Shown here piece after piece: positions 28,678-42,130 of a stretch of DNA of 64,000 nucleotides. Location: assembly GCF_009914755.1 (NCBI RefSeq), contig NC_060936.1; one strand, 5' to 3'. The notes below the pieces were generated by a model. That model was not told the origin of the DNA, made no database searches, and saw only the letters and a program-made list of their open reading frames with translations. This DNA is from the human T2T-CHM13v2.0 reference genome, Homo sapiens. Each line of letters begins with the position of its first letter. Position 1 is the first letter of the stretch. The translations under genes were made by a program, and so were the position numbers.

Positions 28678-29411
28678 GAAATAACCATATATATGGGTTT
28701 TAATGGATATTGCTACTCAGAGTGTTATTTATTTCTTGAAGATTATCAGTACTTCATTATATACTAAACATTTAATTCTTGGGTTTATTATTGATGTCTT
28801 CTGATCCTACACAAATTATTTAGCATTTAACTTTTAAGTCACATTCCCTGGCAAACAATTACTAGAAGAAGCACAGAAAGATGTTTCACAATCAATGAGC
28901 CAATTTTAGGCCAAGCAGTCAGTGAAATCCAAACGTGAGAAATCAATCCACAGTTTGAAGAAAACAATGGAAAGCCTGATGTAAGTTTATTTTATGATAA
29001 CTACTTTGTCCTTCACAGTGAGAAATAGTTGAGAACTGTGGAGGTTATTATTAAAGGTACAAAATCCCATTCATCATGTACGTCTTTTTCAGAGATATTG
29101 ATTTTGATGGCAACATTTCACAATGTACTTTGAAACCAAAATCTTCCCCAAATAGCATATTCTATCAATTCAACACAAAGAGTAAAGTGAAACAAATGCT
29201 ACAATTCTGTGATCTCTACACAGAAAACAATTACGCAGTTATTTTCTGCTGTGAGATCATCTGTAATTGCAAAAGGCAAAAAAGTTTTTTTTTTCTACTT
29301 TGTTTTGTTTTTCACTCTTCTATTGGGAGAGAAAGTGAAACCATATTTCCACTAACATTATTATCTTCAACAAATATGTACTCTAACAGTATTGATAAGA
29401 AGAGAATTAAG

Positions 29412-30278
29412 ATTTTTATTATTATTATTATTATTATTATACTTTAAGTTCTAGGGTACATGTGCACAACGTGCAGATTTGTTACATATGTATACATGTG
29501 CCATGTTGGTGTGCTGCACCCATTAACTCGTCATTTACATTAGGTATATCTCCTAATGCTATCCCTCCTCCCTCCCCCTACCCCACAACAGGCCCTGGTG
29601 TGTGATGTTCCCCTTCCTGTGTCCAAGTGTTCTCATTGTTAAATTCCCACCTATGAGTGAGAACATGAGGTGTTTGGTTTTTTGTCCTTGTGATAGTTTG
29701 CTGAGAATGATGGTTTCCAGCTTCATCCATGTTCCTGCAAAGGACATGAACTCATCATTTTTTATGACTGCATAGTATTCCATGGTGTATATGTGCCACA
29801 TTTTCTTAATCCAGTCTATCATAGATGGACATTTGGGTTGGTTCCAAGTCTTTGCTATTGTGAATAGTGCTGCAATAAACATACATGTGCATGTATTTTT
29901 ATAGCAGCATGATTTGTAATCCTTTGGGTATATACCCAGTAATGGGATGGCTGGGTCAAATGGTATTTCTAATTCTAGATCCCTGAGGAATCGCCACACT
30001 GTCTTCCACAATGGTTGAACTAGTTTACAGTCCCACCAACAGTGTAAAAGTGTACTTATTTCTCCACATCCTCTCCAGCACCTGTTGTTTCCTGACTGTT
30101 TAATGATTGCCATTCTAACTGGTGTGAGATGGTATCTCATTGTGGTTTTGATTTGCATTTCTCTGATGGCCAGTGACGATGAGCATTTTTTCATGTGTCT
30201 GTTAGCTGCATACATGTCTTCTTTTGAGAAGTGTCTGTTCATATCCTTCGCCCACTTGTTGATGGGGTTGATGTTTTT
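29412..30278 (-). mobile_element. LINE-1 L1PA 3' end (~860 bp, 5'-truncated)
   Basis: (TTA)n tail, tactttaagttctagggtacatgtgcacaacgtgcag 3'UTR; ORF 29559..30242 is the ORF2p C-terminal domain. Confidence 0.97.
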
Positions 30279-31142
30279 TTAAATAAAAAAGCTGTGCCTT
30301 TTCACAAACACAGATGAAAATGCCATTTCGACCTAAATTAAGTTGCTAATTGCATACATTATTTGTTTACATTGCAAAATCCTTAATGTGAGAAAAAAAC
30401 ATGCAATGAAAAATATAATTTGGAAAAAAGGATGAGGTAGCGGGGGGCTAAGGCTCAATTTTGCACAACTGAGCACAATATAACTAGAGCTGCAGCACAA
30501 TTAATCACCATTAAAAGATAGTTTAATTAGATTGACTTCTTACGGTTAAAAAATGAGTATTTGTTCATTGGGTCATTAATATACAACCAGTTTTTATTAA
30601 TACAATTTGTTCATAAACCTTGATTATATAGTGGGTATTTTCCTGTTAATTAATAACTGATAAATCTCCATTTCACTTTATATAGATATGGTCTAAAAAA
30701 ACCCCAGAAATCTACCATCTTAATGCTGGAAAGGAGTTGTAATTTTACAATTGAGAAACCTCATGGCAATCTCTTGAATATTAATACTTAATATTTGTGG
30801 AAGGTTTTCTTTATGGCTGGCACTTAACAGGCTCTCTCTTATTAAGCCTCACATCAACTTCTGATCCAGTACCAATACTGGATTTACTTAGAGGGATTCA
30901 GAGAACTCAAGAAACCTATTAAATGCCACAAAACTTAACGTTAGTTAGGTTTTCACATTAACATTCAATTAACATTTGAATTTACATAGTTTAAGAAACT
31001 AAATTCTTAAAGAGTATACCATACTACCTTATAGCTCGCAATAAAAATTACAACCAAAAGAGTTATGTAGCATGAGAAAAGTGTAAAAAATGTCCATATC
31101 TGAAATCTCTGTCACTAGAAATTTTTTCATTTTTATTTGCTT

Positions 31143-31180
31143 GATGGCAGAAACCACCATCACTTTTGCAGCAACCTACA
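31143..31180. mobile_element. Degenerate MADE1/Hsmar1 TIR half
   Basis: atggcagaaaccaccatcacttttgcagcaaccta resembles atggcaaaaaccgcaattacttttgcaccaaccta. Confidence 0.55.
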
Positions 31181-31286
31181 TCCAGCATGTACTGCTCAAA
31201 TGACCTGTGAATGAGTGACAAAGTTTTAACTTAAAACTGGTTAATATTCAACTATTTGTTTAGTGATCCTATGAACTAATTACCTT

Positions 31287-31862
31287 TAGTCATGAGTTGC
31301 TTAAAGACAGAGATTGTTCTGAGAAATACTTGGTAAGGTGATTTTGTCATTGTGGTTACCCCATAGACTCTAGAGTATGCTTACACAAACCTAGATGGTA
31401 TAGTGTACTACATATTTAGACTATATAGTTTAGCCTGTTGCTCCTAAGCTACAAACCTGTACAGCAGGTTACTTTGCTGAATACTGTAGGCAATTGTAAC
31501 ACAGTGGTAAGTATTTGTGGATCTAAACATGGAAAATGTACTATGAAAATACAGTATAAAAGATTAAAAAGAACACACCTGTATAAAGCATTTGCCTTGA
31601 ATAGAGCTTGTAGGACTGGAAGTTGCTCTGGGTGAGTCAGTGAGTGATTGATGAGTAAATGTGAAAACCTAGGACATTACTGTGCACTACTGTAGACTTT
31701 ATAAACATTGTATACTTAGGCTACATTAAATCATAAAAAATAAAGTATGCGATGATTTTACTATGGCTACAATAACACTAGGCAATAGAAATTTTTCAGC
31801 TTCTTTCAAATCTTATGGGACCACCGTCATTGACTAAAACATTGTTATGCAGTGCATGACTG
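31287..31862. mobile_element. Tigger3/MER7 (Golem) non-autonomous DNA transposon
   Basis: agtcatgagttgcttaa...acacaaacctagatggtatag...ttatgcagtgcatgactg|TA termini. Confidence 0.88.
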
Positions 31863-31979
31863 TAATTGGAAGTTATGAGTTTTCTTCTTCCTGGATCTGT
31901 CTCATATGCCTTATGATAGGCTAATTTTTAAAAAGCAAGTCCATTTCTAGTTTAGAATTTTTAAAAAACTTTTCACAGG

Positions 31980-32734
31980 TGTATTAATCCATTCTTATGC
32001 CACTATAAAAAATTGCCCAAGACTGGGTAATTTATAAAGGAAAGAGGTTTGATTGACTTACAGTTGTGCATGGCTGAAGCAGCCTCAGGAAACTTACAAT
32101 CCCGGCAGAAGGGGAAGAAAACACTTCTCTCTTCACATGATGGCAGGAAAGAAGAGTGCTGAGCAAAGAGAAAAAAGCTTATTATAAAACCATTAGATCT
32201 TGTGAGAACTCACTCACTATCATACTACCATGAGAACAGCAGTATGGGGGTAACTGCCCCCATGATTAAATTACCTCCCACCAGGTCCCTTCCAAGACAT
32301 GTGGGATTATGGGATGATATGGTTTGGTTATGTCCCCACCCAAATCTCATCTTCAATTTTAGCTCCCATAATTCCCATATGTTGTGGGAGGGACCCAGCG
32401 GGAGATAATTGAATCATGGGGGTGGTTTTCCCCCCATACTGTTCACCTGATAGTGAATAACTCTCATGAAATCTGATGACTTTGTACAGGGTTTCCCCTT
32501 TTGCTTGGCTCTCATTTTCTCTTTTGTCTGCCATCATGTAAGATATGCCTTTTGCCTTCCACCATGATTGTGAGGCCTCCTGAGCCATGTGAAAGTGTGA
32601 GTCCATTGAACCTCTTTTTCAGTATAAATTACCCAGTCTTTATTATGTCTTTCTCAGCAGTGAGAAAATGGACTAATACATGGGAACTCCAATTCAAGAT
32701 GCGATTTGGGTAGGGACAGAGAAAAACCATATCA
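31980..32734 (-). mobile_element. THE1D/MSTA-like solo LTR (outer, interrupted)
   Basis: tgtattaatcc...aaaccatatca; perfect TSD ACAGG (31975-31979 and 32735-32739). Confidence 0.93.
32315..32680 (+). mobile_element. THE1B/C-like solo LTR nested in the opposite orientation
   Basis: tgatatggtttgg...ggactaataca; perfect TSD TGGGA (32310-32314 and 32681-32685). Confidence 0.95.
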
Positions 32735-33097
32735 ACAGGTTTATTGAGTCATACATATACAAAAACTCACAAAAAAGCACATGAATTTGGACATCTACAT
32801 ACACCCATGATACCATCACCACAATCAAGATATTAAATATATCCATTGCCTACAAGAATAACGTTGTGTTGCTTTATGGGTTTGGATTTGTGCATGTTTT
32901 GATTTTTGTGTGATTTTTTTTTGAAGGGATAAGAAGAATACTTAATATGAGATCTACCCCCTTGAACTTTAAATATTGTTAACTACAGGTACTATGTTAT
33001 ACAGCAAATCTCCAGAATTTATTCATCTTATATAACTGAAATTTTACAACCATTGCACAACAGTTCCCTATTTTACCCTCCCCCATCAGGCCCTGGC

Positions 33098-35379
33098 TGA
33101 TAGGGTTTGTCTCTGTGTCCCCACCCAAATCTCATCTCAAATCTTAATCCCCAGGTATTGAGAGAGGGGTCTGGTGGGAGGTGATTGGATCATGAGGGTG
33201 GTTTCCCCCATGCTGTTCTTGGGATAGTGAGTGAGTTCTCACGAGATCTGATGGTTTTAAAAGTTGCAGTTTCCCCTGAAAGCTCTGTGGCTCTTGCCAC
33301 CTTGTGAGGAAGGTACCTGCTTCCCCTTCTCATTACGCCATGATTGTTAGTTTTCTGAGGCCTCTTAGCCATGTGGAACTGTAAGTCAATTAAACCTCTT
33401 TTCTTTATAAGTTACCCAGTATTGGGTAGTATCTTTATGGCAGTGTGAGAACAGAATAATAAAGAGAATTGGTACTAGCAGAGTGGGGTACTGCTATAAT
33501 GATAAACTGAAAATGTGGAAGTAACTTTAGAACTGGGTAACAGGCAGAGTTTGGAACAATTTGGAAGGCTCAGAAGAAGACAGGAAGATGTGGGAAAGTT
33601 TGGAACTTCCTAGAGACTTGTAGAACAGTTTTGACCAAAATGTTGATAGTGATATGGATAATGAAGTCCAAGCTGACATGGTCTCTGATGGAGATGAGCA
33701 ACTAATTGGGAACTGGAGTAAAGGTTACTCATGCTATGCTTTAGCAAAGAGACTGGCAGCATTTTGCCCCTGCCCTGGAGATCTGTGGAACTTTGAACTT
33801 GAGAGGGATAATTTAGGGTATCTGGTGGAAGAAATTTCTAAGCAGCAAAGCATTCAAGAGGTAACCTGACTTATGCTGAAAGCATCCAATTATATGCGTT
33901 CACAAAGAGATGCTTTGAATTGGAACTTAGCAAAGCATAAAGGTTTGAAAAATTTGCAGCCTGACCATGTGGTAGAAAAGAAAAACCCATTTTCTGGGGA
34001 GGAATTCAATTTTGCTGCAGAAGTTTGGATAAGTAACAAGGAGCCAAATGTTAATAGCCAAGACAATGGGGAAACATGTCTGCAGCATATGACAAAGACC
34101 TTCACAGCAGCCCCTTCCATCACAGGCCCAGAGGCCTATGAAGGACAAATGGCTTCATGGGCCAGGCCCAGGGTCCCACTGCCCTGTGCAGCTTTGGGAC
34201 ATGGTGCCCTGTGTCCCAGCCACTCCAGCTCCATCCAGTGCTAAAAGGGGCCCAAGTACAGCTTGGGCCATTGCTTCAAAGAGTGCAAGTCCCAAGCATT
34301 GATGGCTTCCACCTGGTGTTGTGACTGCAGTTGTGCAGAAGACAAGAGTTGAGCTTTGGGAACCTCCAGCTAGATTTTAGAGGATGTATGGAAATGCCTG
34401 GATGTCCAGGTAGAAGTCTGCTGCAGGGGCAGAGCCCTCATGAAGAACCCCTGCTAGGGCAATGCAGAAGGGAACTGTGGGTTTGGAGCCCCTACAGAGA
34501 ATCCCCACTGGGGCACTCCCTAGTGAAGCTGTGAGAAGAGAGCCACCCTCCTCCAAACACCACAATGGTAGATCCACTGACAGCTTGCACCATACACCTG
34601 CAAAAGCCACAGGCACTCAGTGTCTGCCCATGAAAGCAGTGGTGGCTACCCAAGCTACCCCTTGCATCAGCATGGCCTGGATGTGAGACATGGAGTCATT
34701 AGGATTTAAAGACTTCCCAGCTGGGTTTCAGACTTGCATGGGGTCTGTGGCCCTTTATTTTGGCCAATTTCTCCCATTTGAAATGGGAATGTTTACCCAA
34801 TGCTTGTACCCCCATTGTATCTTGAAAGTAACTAACTTGTTTTTGATTTTGCAGTCTCATAGGCCAAAGGGACTTGCTTTGTCTCAGATAAGACTTTGGA
34901 CTTGACTTTTGGGGTAATGCTGAAATGAGTTAAGAATTTAGGGGACTGTTGGGAAGGCATGATTGGTTTTGAAATGTGAAAGGACATGAAATTTGAGAGG
35001 GGCTGGGGCATAATGATATGCTTTGGTTCTGTGTCCCCACCCAAATCTCATCTCAAATTGTAATTCTCACATGTAGAGGGAGAGACCTGGTGGAAGGTAA
35101 TTGGATCATGGAGGTGGTTTACCCCATGCTGTTCTCATGATAGTAAGAAAATTCTCATGAGATTTGATGGTTTTAAAAGTGGAAGTTTCCCCTGAAGACT
35201 CTCTCTCTACTGCCACCTTGTGTGGAAGATGCCTGCTTTCCTTTTGCCTTCCACCATGATTGTAAGTTTCTTGAAGCCTCCCAGCCATGCAGAACTGTGA
35301 GTCAATTAAACCTCCTTTCTTTATAAATTACCCAATCTCAGGTAGTATTTTTATAGCAGTGTGAGAATGAACTAATATA
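33098..35379 (+). mobile_element. Near full-length MaLR provirus (THE1D/MSTA): 5' LTR 33098-33463, internal 33464-35013, 3' LTR 35014-35379
   Basis: Two homologous LTRs, aattggtac internal start, purine tract before the 3' LTR, TSD ctggc/ttggc; internal ORF remnant MDNEVQADMVSDGDE... Confidence 0.95.
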
Positions 35380-35615
35380 TTGGCAAACACCAGTCTATCC
35401 TTTGCTTCTAAGTTTGAACATTTTAGATAACTCCTATAAGTGTATCTAAGAGGTATAAGTGTATTAAATACACTTATAGGAGGTATCTAAAATGGTCATA
35501 CTCCTATAAGTATAATGGCTATACTCCTATAAGTGTATCTAAATCATGAACAATTTGTCCTTCTCTATCTTATTTAACCTAAAATAATGTCCTCCAGTTT
35601 CACTCATATTGCAAA

Positions 35616-35687
35616 TGTGTGTGTGTGTGTGTGTGTATACATATATATATATATATATATATATATGTATACACACACACACACACA
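35616..35687. repeat. Compound (TG)n-(AT)13-(CA)n microsatellite forming a palindrome
   Basis: Read directly; 35620-35687 is perfectly self-complementary. Confidence 0.95.
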
Positions 35688-38600
35688 TACCACATTTTCC
35701 TTATTGATTTATCTGTAAATATTTGGGTTGTTCTCATATTTTGTTACTATGAATAATGCCATAATGAATATGGGAACACACATATTTCTTTAAGATCTTG
35801 ATTTTTTCTTTTTCTTTCAGATACATATTTCCACACTGTTTTTCATAGTGCTTGGACCATTTTACATTCCCACCAACAGTGTATAAGGGTTCCATTTTCT
35901 TGTGCTTTTTATTCTGCACTTGATCAACATTTTCATTGTTTATGCCATCTTGTGTTTAATTTAACTCACACAGTTACACAAATGCAAGATATAAAAATTG
36001 TATTAATGAGGCAATATGTGCCTCAGAGGTTCAATTATTATTGGATCTTTTGGGTCACAAAGCCCAAGGAAAGGATAGTGGGCACTACAGCATACACCTT
36101 TCCCACAGAGACCTCTCCTGCTAAAACCCACTCAAAGTTTATTATGCATTACTTAGCGAACAGGTCAGGGCAGCACACTGACATGTGGCCTGTATTATTG
36201 CCAAAATCCAAAGAGGCTCAACAGGGGTTGTTCTTCTTTGTTCATGGTTGAGTGGCATATGACACAGAAATTTGCCTTTTACTTTAGAGAGTATTCTGGC
36301 ATGCCCCAGACTTCCTGGACTTAAGGATCAAGATATGAACATCTTCCAAATTTTATGGAGGAATTTTTCTCTCATTCTCTAGCATTCATGTTTTACTAAC
36401 CATTTGGGTACTCCCTATTTCATGATTACTAAATCCAACGGATCTGGGATGTAAATAAAATACAGAAAAACCAGTATATTCTCTAGGGCTACTCTAATGG
36501 AAAAAAAACTAAAAAGTAAAAGGGGAATGTTATGGTGTTGACTTTACTACAACAGAAGGAGATCAGCAATGAGTTTGACAGTTTATTTTAATTGGTTTCC
36601 TAAACAAGCCAGAATGAATATTGTCTAGTTTTCGATAAGAAAATAACTTCAGCATTGATGAACTGGCTCCACTCAAGTATTTTACTTTTTTTCTAGACAA
36701 TGGAAATCAATAGATAATGCCTATAGATAATTTATGTCTTTCAAACTTATGGTAGATTGAAAAGAACTAAAGGCACATCTGATGGGTTGGTTCTGATCTA
36801 GGATACATTTAGCTTATAATGTTTAGTAATTCTTAAATGTGTGACAATATTCCCTAATAAGTTTTCCCCAGTTATTCCCCTCAAGCAATGTATAGCACAA
36901 ATTAGTAGAATATGATGGGAACTTTAATTCAATAAATTAAATAAAATATTGTACTTTCTTCCTTACTCTTTTCTTTTTTGAGGGCTTTGGGAGCTTTCTT
37001 AGTTCAAGTTGACATGCAGCTCAAAGCCACCAGGCTAATATTTTATAGTGCTGTTTAGATTGTAAAAATATGGTTACAATTTCAGTTGCATTTTCATTAT
37101 ATAAGAAGTTCAACAATAAGCTAATTCTTTACCATTCATAAATTTGGATCTTAAAAACAGTTAGAAAAAGGTGCTGTAACGTATTTGAAATATGATACCA
37201 TTATTTACATAAATTCATATCACCAATAGTGATTATTTTTGAAGATAAAACTCAAAGTAGCTATTTTATTTTAGTGTAAGAAGTCTTATGATCTCATCTT
37301 CTCACTTAGTCTACTTCTCTAAGAACAATATTCAGGATCACAAATAAAACCACATGTGATTGTTGAAAGAGTCCAATAATGCTTATAATTAGGTGAGTTA
37401 CAAAGATTTACAGGAAGACTGGCTCTCTTTTCCATGTATACATGTATCTATACATATATACATACTATATAATAGAGACTATATGTACATATAGTTATAT
37501 GCATATGTATAATATACATATACACATATACGTATGTATTTTATATATGTTCTCCATTCATGGTTTTTCTAATATATATGAAACCTAAAATCCAATGAAA
37601 TGAAGTAAATTATAGCTCCATTCATTGGATTCAAATGAGTACCAGTTTCATAAAATATAGTAGTTTCATCATAAACTAGAATCTAAAAATAATATAAAAA
37701 ATATGTCCAAATAAATATTACATGTGATACATCATTTACATAAATACATAAAAATAATTTAAATTTTTATAAATTATATCCTAATAAAACATAAAAATTT
37801 TAGAACATTTCTCAGGTAAGTAAATATACTTCTATTAAATAGATGTAAGGGTAACTCATAGTATCCAAGATGTAGATATAAAGGTAAGTCATGGTATCCA
37901 TTTTGTAAACTAAATGTTGCAAAAAGCACATTTAATATATGTAGAATGTAATCTATAAAGAAAATAAGATTTAAAAAATTCAAATAAACTTTTCAACAAA
38001 CAATCATGAACATTATGTAGGAATTGCCCATTCTGTTATTTTTTTTTTTTACCATTTTAACTTTTAGTTTGTGAGTTAGCAGGACTCTATTTTGAGCTGA
38101 CCAAAGATATCTTTGAATTATATATAGAATAAGCAGGCATATGACTTAAATGAGATATTTCTTCTCTATAGAATAAGCTGTGCCATTTATAGTACTTCAT
38201 AAGATCAACTTCCTTTTTATATTTAACAAAATTCTTGAACAAATATACAGATGAATCTAGAACACATAATAGCGTATTAAAAAGGACATATGAGGACAGA
38301 AATAACAACTGGAACAAAATATGTTTGTGGTGTCTTTAAAAACATTCCTTGAAAAGTAAATTTTACCATGTAAGTTTGCAACATCAGGTTTTCCAATTAA
38401 TCTACTGAATAATAATTAGTTTTTTAATATGAAATCAAAGCATAAAATAAATTTTTATGAGAAAACTATATTAAATTGTTAAAACTTAGAAAGTAAAAAT
38501 ATATAAATGTTTGGCTAAATCTGGGACAGATTATCTTATACCATAAAAGCAATTAATTTGAAATAGTAAATATAAAGCTATTTTAAGCTTCATGAGAGCA

Positions 38601-39139
38601 GGGACTAGTTCTGTTTCACTCACTTGTGCATACTTATTGTCCCAAATAATACATGACATCTTGTGGGAGTTAAATAGATCTCAATATCACTTCCAATATT
38701 AACATCTCATGCTTTAAGATGCCATAATATAAAAAAAAACTTCCGACAAATAAATAAAGGAAATTGAGATAAATCACTACCAATAATCTTTCATTTAAAT
38801 AGTTTCCATGGGATGAATATCAGGAAGAAGGAAAATAGTCTGAGTAAGTAGGATTTGGAAAGCATAATGATAAACACAGTTTTAACATTCTGCATAAAAT
38901 AATGATTATAATATCTAATTTGAAGAGTTAAAATGGAATTAAATGAAAAAATAGAATAGGTGTGAACGATATGATTAGAGGTAAATTACTCTAAAATCCT
39001 TATGTTGTTTGGGAGGAGAATGATGTTGATTATATTAAACTTTTTGAAGTTAAGCATGCATGTTAAAATTCTAGGTAACTTCTGAATAAATACTTCTAAT
39101 ATAGTAGAAGGAAAATGAGGAGAAACTCCTATTTAAAAC

Positions 39140-41385
39140 ATTTGCTAAAATTCAGCATTACTTCATAATAAAAGCCCTCAACAAACTAGGCAAACAAGGA
39201 ACATACCTCAAAATATGCCATCTATGACAAACCCACAGCCAACATCATACTGAATATGCAAAAGTTGGAACCATTCCCCCTGAGAAATGGAAAAAGACAA
39301 GGATGCCCACTTTCACTATTCTTATTCACCATATTGCTGGAAGTACTAGCCAGAGCAATCATGCAACAGAGAGAAATAAAAGACATCCAAATTGGAAAAG
39401 AGGAAGTCGAATTATTGGTTAGCTCATGACATGATCTTATACTTAGAAAACCATCAAGACTCCTTCAAAAGACTCCTAGATTTGATAAATGAATTCAGTA
39501 ATATTTCAGGATACAAAGTCAATGTTCAGAAATAACAATCTATACACCAATAACAATCAAGATGAGAACAAAATCAGAAAATCAATTCCATTTGCAATAG
39601 CTACAAAAAATACCTAGAAGTATATTTAACCAAAGAGGTAAAATATCTTTACAAGGAAAACTACAAAACATTGATGAAAGAAATTTTAGATGACACAACA
39701 AATGGAAACCTATCCCATGCTCATAGATTAGAATAATCAATATTGTTAAAATAACCATACTATCCAAAGCAAACTAGAGATCCAATGCAATCCCTACCAA
39801 AATACCAACATCATTTTTCACAGAATTAGAAAAAGTAATCCTAAAATTCATATGGTAACAAAAAAGAACCCAAAGAGCCAAAGAACACTTAATCAAAAAG
39901 AACCAGAGCTGGAGGCATCACATTACTTGACTCTAAATTATACTACAAGACTACAATAACCAAAACATGATACTGGTATAAAAATAAACATATGGGTCAA
40001 TGGAACAGATGAGAGAACCCAGTAATAAAGACACATATCTGCAGACAAATAATCTTTGACAAAGTCAACAAAAACATACACCAGGGAAAGGACACCCTTT
40101 TCAATAAATGGTTCTGGGAAAACTGAATTGCCATATGCAGAAGAATAAAACTGAACCCCTATCTTTCACCATATACAAAAATCTACTCCAGACGAAATAA
40201 AGACTTAAATGTAAGACCTGAAACTATAAAAATACTAGAAGAAAACCTAGGGGAAAGTCTTTTAGACCTTCTTTAAACAAAGAATTTAGGACTAAGACCT
40301 CAAAAGCACAAGAAACAGAAAGAAAAAATAGACAAATGGGACTTAAACAACTAAAAACCTTCCAATAAGCAATAATAATAATAATAATAATAATAATCAA
40401 TGGAGTGAACAGACAACCTGCAGAATGGGAGAAAATATTTGCAAGGTATGCATTCAACAGGTGACTGATATCACTGTACTACAAGGCTACAGTAACCAGA
40501 ATTTACAAGGAATTCAACCACCACTGCCACCACCACAAAGCAAATAACCTCATTAATAAGTGGACAAATGACATGAACAGACATTTCTCAAAAGAAAACA
40601 TACAAATGGCCCATAAGTATATATAAAAATGCTCAACATTACCAATCATCAGAGAAATACAAATTAAAACCACAATGAGATATCATCCAGTCAGAGTGGC
40701 TATTATTAAAAAGTCAAAAAACAACAGATGTTGAGGACAATGTGGAGAAAAGGGAATGCTTATACACTGTTGGTGGGCATGTAAATTAGTGCAACCTCTA
40801 TGGTAAACAGTACGAAGATTTCTCAAGGTACTAAAAATAGAACCACCATTTAATCCAACAATCCCTCTACTCGATATCTACCCAAAGGAAAATAAATTTC
40901 TGTATCAAAAGATACCTACAGTTATATGTTTATTGCAGTACTATTCACAATAGTAAAGACATGGAATCAGGCTAGGTGTCCATCAGCGGGTGATTGTCTA
41001 AAGAAAATGTTATATATATCTCACAATGGAATACTCAGCCCTTAAAAAGACTGAATTCATGTCTTTTGCAGCAACAGAGATTGAACTGGAGGCCATTATC
41101 GTAAGTGAAACAACTCAGAAAATCAAATGCCACGTGTTCTCACTTAGAAGTAAAAGCTAAATCACGTGTACATACGGACATAGAGAGAGTAATAAGTAGA
41201 CATTGGAGACTCAGATCGGTGGGAGTGTGGGAGGGGGTTGATGAATGAGAAATTACTTAGTGAGTATAATATATGTTATTTAAGTGATGGTTACACCAAA
41301 AACCCAGACTTTACCACTATGCGATATATCCACACAACAAAACTGCACTTGTGCACCTTAAATTTATACAAATAAAACATTTAAA
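39140..41385 (+). mobile_element. L1PB (L1PB4-like) 3' ~2.2 kb: RT to C-terminal domain plus 3'UTR
   Basis: gacaaacccacagccaacatcatactgaat, degraded FADDMILY site at ~39420, 3'UTR gagaaattactta...aaaactgcacttgt...aataaaa. Confidence 0.92.
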
Positions 41386-41844
41386 ACACCATGGGACTGT
41401 CTGTGATCTACAGTGAAACAGGTGTAGAATGAAAAGAGGAGAGAATTAAAACTGAATTCCGCAATGTCAAGAGTTAAAGACAAATAGGAAATGGCAAAGG
41501 GGATGAGAAGGATATTAGTGAGATAGGAAGAAAACCAATAAAATGTGTTGTTTCAAAGCCAATAGAAGCAAATATAATGGGAAGAAAAGAGTGACGAGTT
41601 GTGTTTGTTGTTGCTGATAGAACAAACAAAATGAGAACTGAGAATAAATCACTGTATTTGTCATCGTGGTCATTAGTGAACTAGAAAAGAGCAGTTTCAG
41701 TAGAGTATTTGGGGATAACCTGATTGGAGTGGTTTTAAGAGACCAAGTAAATTGGAGACAGCAATTATATACAAATATTCTGATAAGTTTTCCTGCAAAA
41801 GAGAAGAATGGCATGGGAGATAATAAGGAAAAAAATGCTTTCTG

Positions 41845-42130
41845 GGCCGGGCGCCGTGGCTCACGCCTGTAATCCCAGCACTTTGGGAGGCCAAGGAGGG
41901 CGGATCATGAGGTCAGGGTATCAAGAACATCCTGGCTAACACGGTGAAACCCAGTCTCCACTAAAAAATACAAAAAAATTAGCCGGGCGTGGTGGCAGGA
42001 GCCTGTAGTCCCAGCTACTCGGGAGGCTGAGGCAGGAGAATGGTGTGAACCCGGGAGAAGAGCTTGCAGTGAGCCGAGATGGCACCACTGCACTCCAGCC
42101 TGAGCGACAGAGAGAGACTCTGTCAAAAAA
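41845..42130 (+). mobile_element. Alu (AluY-like)
   Basis: catcctggctaacacggtgaaacc, gagaatggtgtgaacccggg, gagcttgcagtgagccgagat diagnostics. Confidence 0.95.

Larger units (their letters stand above)
32740..35930 (-). mobile_element. L1MA/MB 3' end interrupted by a MaLR provirus
   Basis: catcaccacaatcaagat...gagatctacc...ccctggc|(provirus)|ttggcaaacacc...cattttacattcccaccaacagtgtataaggg. Confidence 0.75.

Noticed and set aside
29559-30242. 227-aa ORF, the longest in the window
   Set aside because: C-terminal part of L1 ORF2p in a 5'-truncated L1PA; no promoter, endonuclease or RT, so not a host gene.
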